A stretch of 63,003 nt of DNA, the filler included, from Octopus bimaculoides (taxonomy: Eukaryota), in the NCBI RefSeq assembly GCF_001194135.2. It is 7 parts of 5 records of this genome, joined end to end, with 100 filler letters (N's around TTAATTAATTAA, not from the genome) between each part and the next. Parts side by side here need not be neighbours in the genome. Positions count along the whole stretch, not along the records: positions 50,913 to 60,281 come from NC_068996.1; positions 60,382 to 63,003 come from NC_068981.1; 5 more parts are not named here. The stretch is one strand, 5' to 3'. The notes below the pieces were generated by a model that was not told the origin of the DNA, did no database searches, and was given only the letters and a program-made list of their open reading frames with translations. Positions 59,253-63,003 of this stretch are shown piece by piece. Numbering within the stretch: the stretch's first letter is position 1; each line of letters begins with the position of its first letter. A program made the translations under genes and the position numbers.

Positions 59253-59548
59253 CACAGGAGCCAGTTCGTTGCCAGTGCCGCCGAACTGGCTCCTGTGCAG
59301 GTGGCATGTAAAATACACCATTTTGAGCGTGGCTGTTGCCAGTACCTCCTGACTGGCCTTCGTGCCGGTGGCATGTAAAAGCACCCACTACACTCTCTGA
59401 GTGGTTGGCATTAGGAAGGGCATCCAGCTGTAGAAACTCTGCCAAATCAGTTTGGAGCCTGGTGTAGCCATCTGGTTTCACCAGTCCTCAGTCAAATCGT
59501 CCAACCCATGCTAGCGGATGTTAAACGACAATGATGATGATGATGATG
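59253..59548 (+). mobile_element. SINE-3 family copy with (GAT)n tail
   Basis: gtggttggcattaggaagggcatccagctgtagaaact..cccatgctagc..gttaaacgacaatgatgatgatgatgatg. Confidence 0.85.
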
Positions 59549-60188
59549 TCACAAGTACATAGAAATATCTAGAAAGGGGTACATGCTTGGTGGGATAATA
59601 TGAGAAACTACGGAAGAGGTACCAGTTGACAAAGTTAGCTTCTGTTTGATTGAAATAACCTGCAGTTTTTGTTTTTGTTGTTCTTGTTTTTTAACCAAAA
59701 CATGGAGACAGGACAGTAGTAAAATGTAAAAGAGGATGTGTTTGGGGAAGAAAGTTAATTTGAAGGGGGGCATTGACTTTATAAAAGGTTGAAAGCCTCT
59801 GCTTTATAGGAACATTTAATTCACCCCCAGATCTTGTTTGTTTTGTAATCATATATCTGTCAGTAGGTTACTGAATTTGGTAATTCTACTCATTACATAT
59901 GGAAGAAAAAAAAATCTCAAGTTTTCTTTCTTCTTTTGTTCTTTTGTTTCTTGTCATTCAGATTTTATCCTGTTAGGAATTATTCAAAACTCATATATGA
60001 TAGCTCTTGTCTTTTTTTTATGGCATTGTGTCAAGGCTATTGTATGTGGACATAGGATGATGGTAGAAAAGACATATAAAAAAAAACCCAAACAAAAAGG
60101 AAACAAATATATGCAAATAGTAATTCTAAACATTTATGGTATTCATTTTCTACATGAAGTAAATATATTATTCATATAATACACATAT

Positions 60189-60251
<63 letters not shown>

Positions 60252-60325
60252 ATATATATATATAGGTGTGTGTGTGTATATNNNNNNNNNNNNNNNNNNN
60301 NNNNNNNNNNNNNNNNNNNNNNNNN

Positions 60326-60337
60326 TTAATTAATTAA
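60326..60337. other. Assembly linker TTAATTAATTAA
   Basis: 44N+12+44N construct. Confidence 0.9.
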
Positions 60338-60412
60338 NNNNNNNNNNNNNNNNNNNNNNNNNNNNNNNNNNNNNNNNNNNNACAAACACACACACAAACA
60401 TACACACACACA

Positions 60413-60456
<44 letters not shown>

Positions 60457-60620
60457 TACAAACATACACACACACACACACACATTCAAATGCTCCTCTT
60501 CGTTACAAATTCAAGGAGATATATTTCCAACATCTCGCTGTACAAAATTGTAAGGTGCAATGTTTTTTAGAGGCGTGTTCTTCTATGAAAAAGTGGAGTC
60601 TATTCGAGAAAGTGTGTGTG

Positions 60621-60675
<55 letters not shown>

Positions 60676-60696
60676 NNNNNNNNNNNNNNNNNNNNN

Positions 60697-60756
<60 letters not shown>

Positions 60757-61758
60757 AAGAGGATGAGAAAGAAGGCTGAGATATACGTGTGTGTGTAGAG
60801 AGAGAGAGAAAGATAGATAGGTAGATAGATAGATAGACAGACAGACAGAGAGAGGGAGAGAGAGAGAGAGAGGGAGAGAGAGATAGAGAAAGAGAGAAAG
60901 TGGGAGTTACAGAGGAATGCCTGAGGTATGTTGAGAAGTCTGGAAGATTGACGTATGTGAAAGACAGTGACGAAGAGGCGTGTAATAGAAAAATTAGCAT
61001 GAAAATAAGCAGAGAAATATTGGCAAGGAGAGAGACAGACAGACAGACAGAGAGATGGGAGAATAAAGAACCACAGTGTTTTTAGAAAACTGGACGGTTG
61101 ACTGACATGTGTGAAATAGAGTAAAGGCAGAAGAGGCGTGAAGTATAAAAATTTCATGAAAAAGTATTAGCAACGAAAGACAAAGAGTAAGAAATAAAAG
61201 AGAGAGAGAGGGGGAGAGGGGGAGAGAGAGAAAGATGGTTAGAGAGGGAGAGACAGAGTAGAGAGGATGGAGCGAGGGTAGATGTAATAACCACGTATGT
61301 GAATGGAGAGAAAGTGTTTCATAAAATAGGCGGAGTCAAAATTTCACCAATAAGAGATAAAGAATGAGAGAAAAAGAGAGGGAGAGTTAGTGTGTGTGTG
61401 TTTATGTGTGAGTGTGAGAGAGAGAGAAAGAGAGAGAAAGAGAGAGAGAAAGAGAAAAAGAGAAAGAAAGATAAAGAAAAAGGAAATAGAGGTGTTGCCG
61501 AAAAGTGACTATTGAGGTAAATGGCGGAGCCTAACTGGAAGTCGACGAAAAGGAGTTGAGAAATCTTTACGAGCGAATGGGAATGCGTCGTTAAGGCAGA
61601 GTGAGAGTGTGCGAATGTGCGCATGCGTACGTCTTTATGAATGTATGCATGTATGTATGTATGTATGTACGTATGTAAGCATGTGAGAGAGTGAATGACG
61701 CATGCATACACTCATATATACATACATGCACATTTATATATACATATCTGTACGCACA

Positions 61759-61832
<74 letters not shown>

Positions 61833-62049
61833 TGAAAAGGGTAGAAAGAAAAGCAAAAAGGAATAAAGACATATGTGTGTGTGCACGTGTGTGTGTGTGT
61901 GAAAGAGAGAGAGAGAAAGAGAGAAAGTTTGTGTCTGTGTGTCTGTGAATGTCTATGTGCCAAATGTGCTAGTGAGTTCGCTTATGTGCATCCGTGCGTG
62001 AGTGCCTGTGTTTGTGCTCCGGTAGATGACTACGTATGTGAATTTATGC

Positions 62050-62080
<31 letters not shown>

Positions 62081-62173
62081 TGTGTGTGTGTGTGTGTGCG
62101 TGTGTGTGTGTGTGTGCGCGCGTATGCGTGTGTGTGGCTATGTACGTAGATAATACAGTGTTTGAGTGTGTGT

Positions 62174-62391
62174 TATTTTTTTTACGACCCACAAGAGGCT
62201 ACACACAGAGGGGACAAACAAGGACAGACAAACGGATTAAGTCGATTATATCGACCCCAGTGCGTAACTGGTACTTATTTAATCGACCCCGAAAGGATGA
62301 AAGGCAAAGTCGACCTCGGCGGAATTTGAACTCAGAACGTAGCGGCAGACGAAATACCGCTAAGCATTTCGCTCGGCGTGCTAACGTTTCT
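62174..62391 (-). mobile_element. SINE-1 copy with tail A
   Basis: Highly similar to the reverse complement of 4893-5108. Flanked by tttga(g/a)tgtgtgt (12/13), a probable TSD. Confidence 0.9.
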
Positions 62392-63003
62392 GTTTGAATG
62401 TGTGTGCTAGTGTGTTTGTCGGTATGTATACATACATACACACACATGTGTGTGTGTGTGTGTGTATACATGTATGTGTGTGCGCGCGTGTGAGTGCGTG
62501 CGTATGTCTGTGCATGCTTATGTACGATTTGGTGTGCACTCACACACCAAACCGTACATAAACGTGCACCTGAATAAACATGCATGTATGTATGTGAATA
62601 TATGTTTGTATGTATGTATGCGTGTTTGTATGCATGATTAGAAAGCACTATTTAATTACTTCAACAAACAAATAACAAATAAACGAAGTCTGTTTAAAAA
62701 ACAAAAACAAAAGCAAAAAAAGCACGTTCAGCAATTTCTATTTACTTGTCTGTGTGCCAGTGCGATTCTGTTTGCAGAGGAGACAAAGAAAACAAGGAAG
62801 TATAGTTATTGAGGGGTTTCATTAGGGTTTGTGCGGGGGTCTTAGGGCATGATGGCATGCAGATTAAATTTAGACACACACGCACGCGCGTGTATGCGTG
62901 TGTGTGCATGAGTGCGTGTGTGTATGTGTGAGTATATGCATGTGAGATTATCGAATAAGTGTCACATATTTTTACAGATATATATATATATATATATATA
63001 TAA

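Noticed and set aside
59920-60070. Strong polypyrimidine-CAG acceptor followed by a hydrophobic open frame
   Set aside because: T-rich tracts are common here, and there is no good donor or homology. It needs RNA-seq evidence.
61515-61535. aaatggcgg, a YY1-like promoter motif
   Set aside because: A single short motif with no CpG island or downstream exon evidence; expected by chance in 63 kb.
645-62648. Long ORFs in the supplied track that span N gaps or microsatellites (poly-[21 protein letters not shown])
   Set aside because: They are read-through of ambiguous bases or dinucleotide repeats and have no protein-like content.

Overview
This is AT-rich eukaryotic DNA from a gappy draft assembly. 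About 20% is N, and there are six 44N-TTAATTAATTAA-44N scaffold linkers. The repeat content suggests a coleoid cephalopod, probably an octopus (inference). I found no host protein-coding exon, rRNA or true tRNA gene that I can support. Nearly all ORFs in the supplied track are microsatellite or N read-through. The window is a dense mosaic of microsatellites and mobile-element debris: four SINE-like families (named here SINE-1 to SINE-4 for convenience), five Penelope-like GIY-YIG fragments, several RTE and R4/Dong-like (RLE) LINE fragments, two mariner remnants, a DD37D/maT remnant, and a Merlin transposase remnant with Merlin-like MITEs. The most interesting signals are: (1) three unrelated minimal hammerhead-ribozyme motifs, one of them probably part of a tRNA-headed element interrupted by an R4/Dong LINE; (2) a composite two-MITE Merlin-like unit carrying TTAGGG repeats; (3) recurrent SINE dimers with interchangeable 3' tails under one TSD; (4) a cluster of long inverted repeats at 45.4-49.4 kb; and (5) templated insertion scars. 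Coordinates and translations were read by eye and no database search was run, so family assignments rest on recognised motifs and boundaries may be off by some bases.
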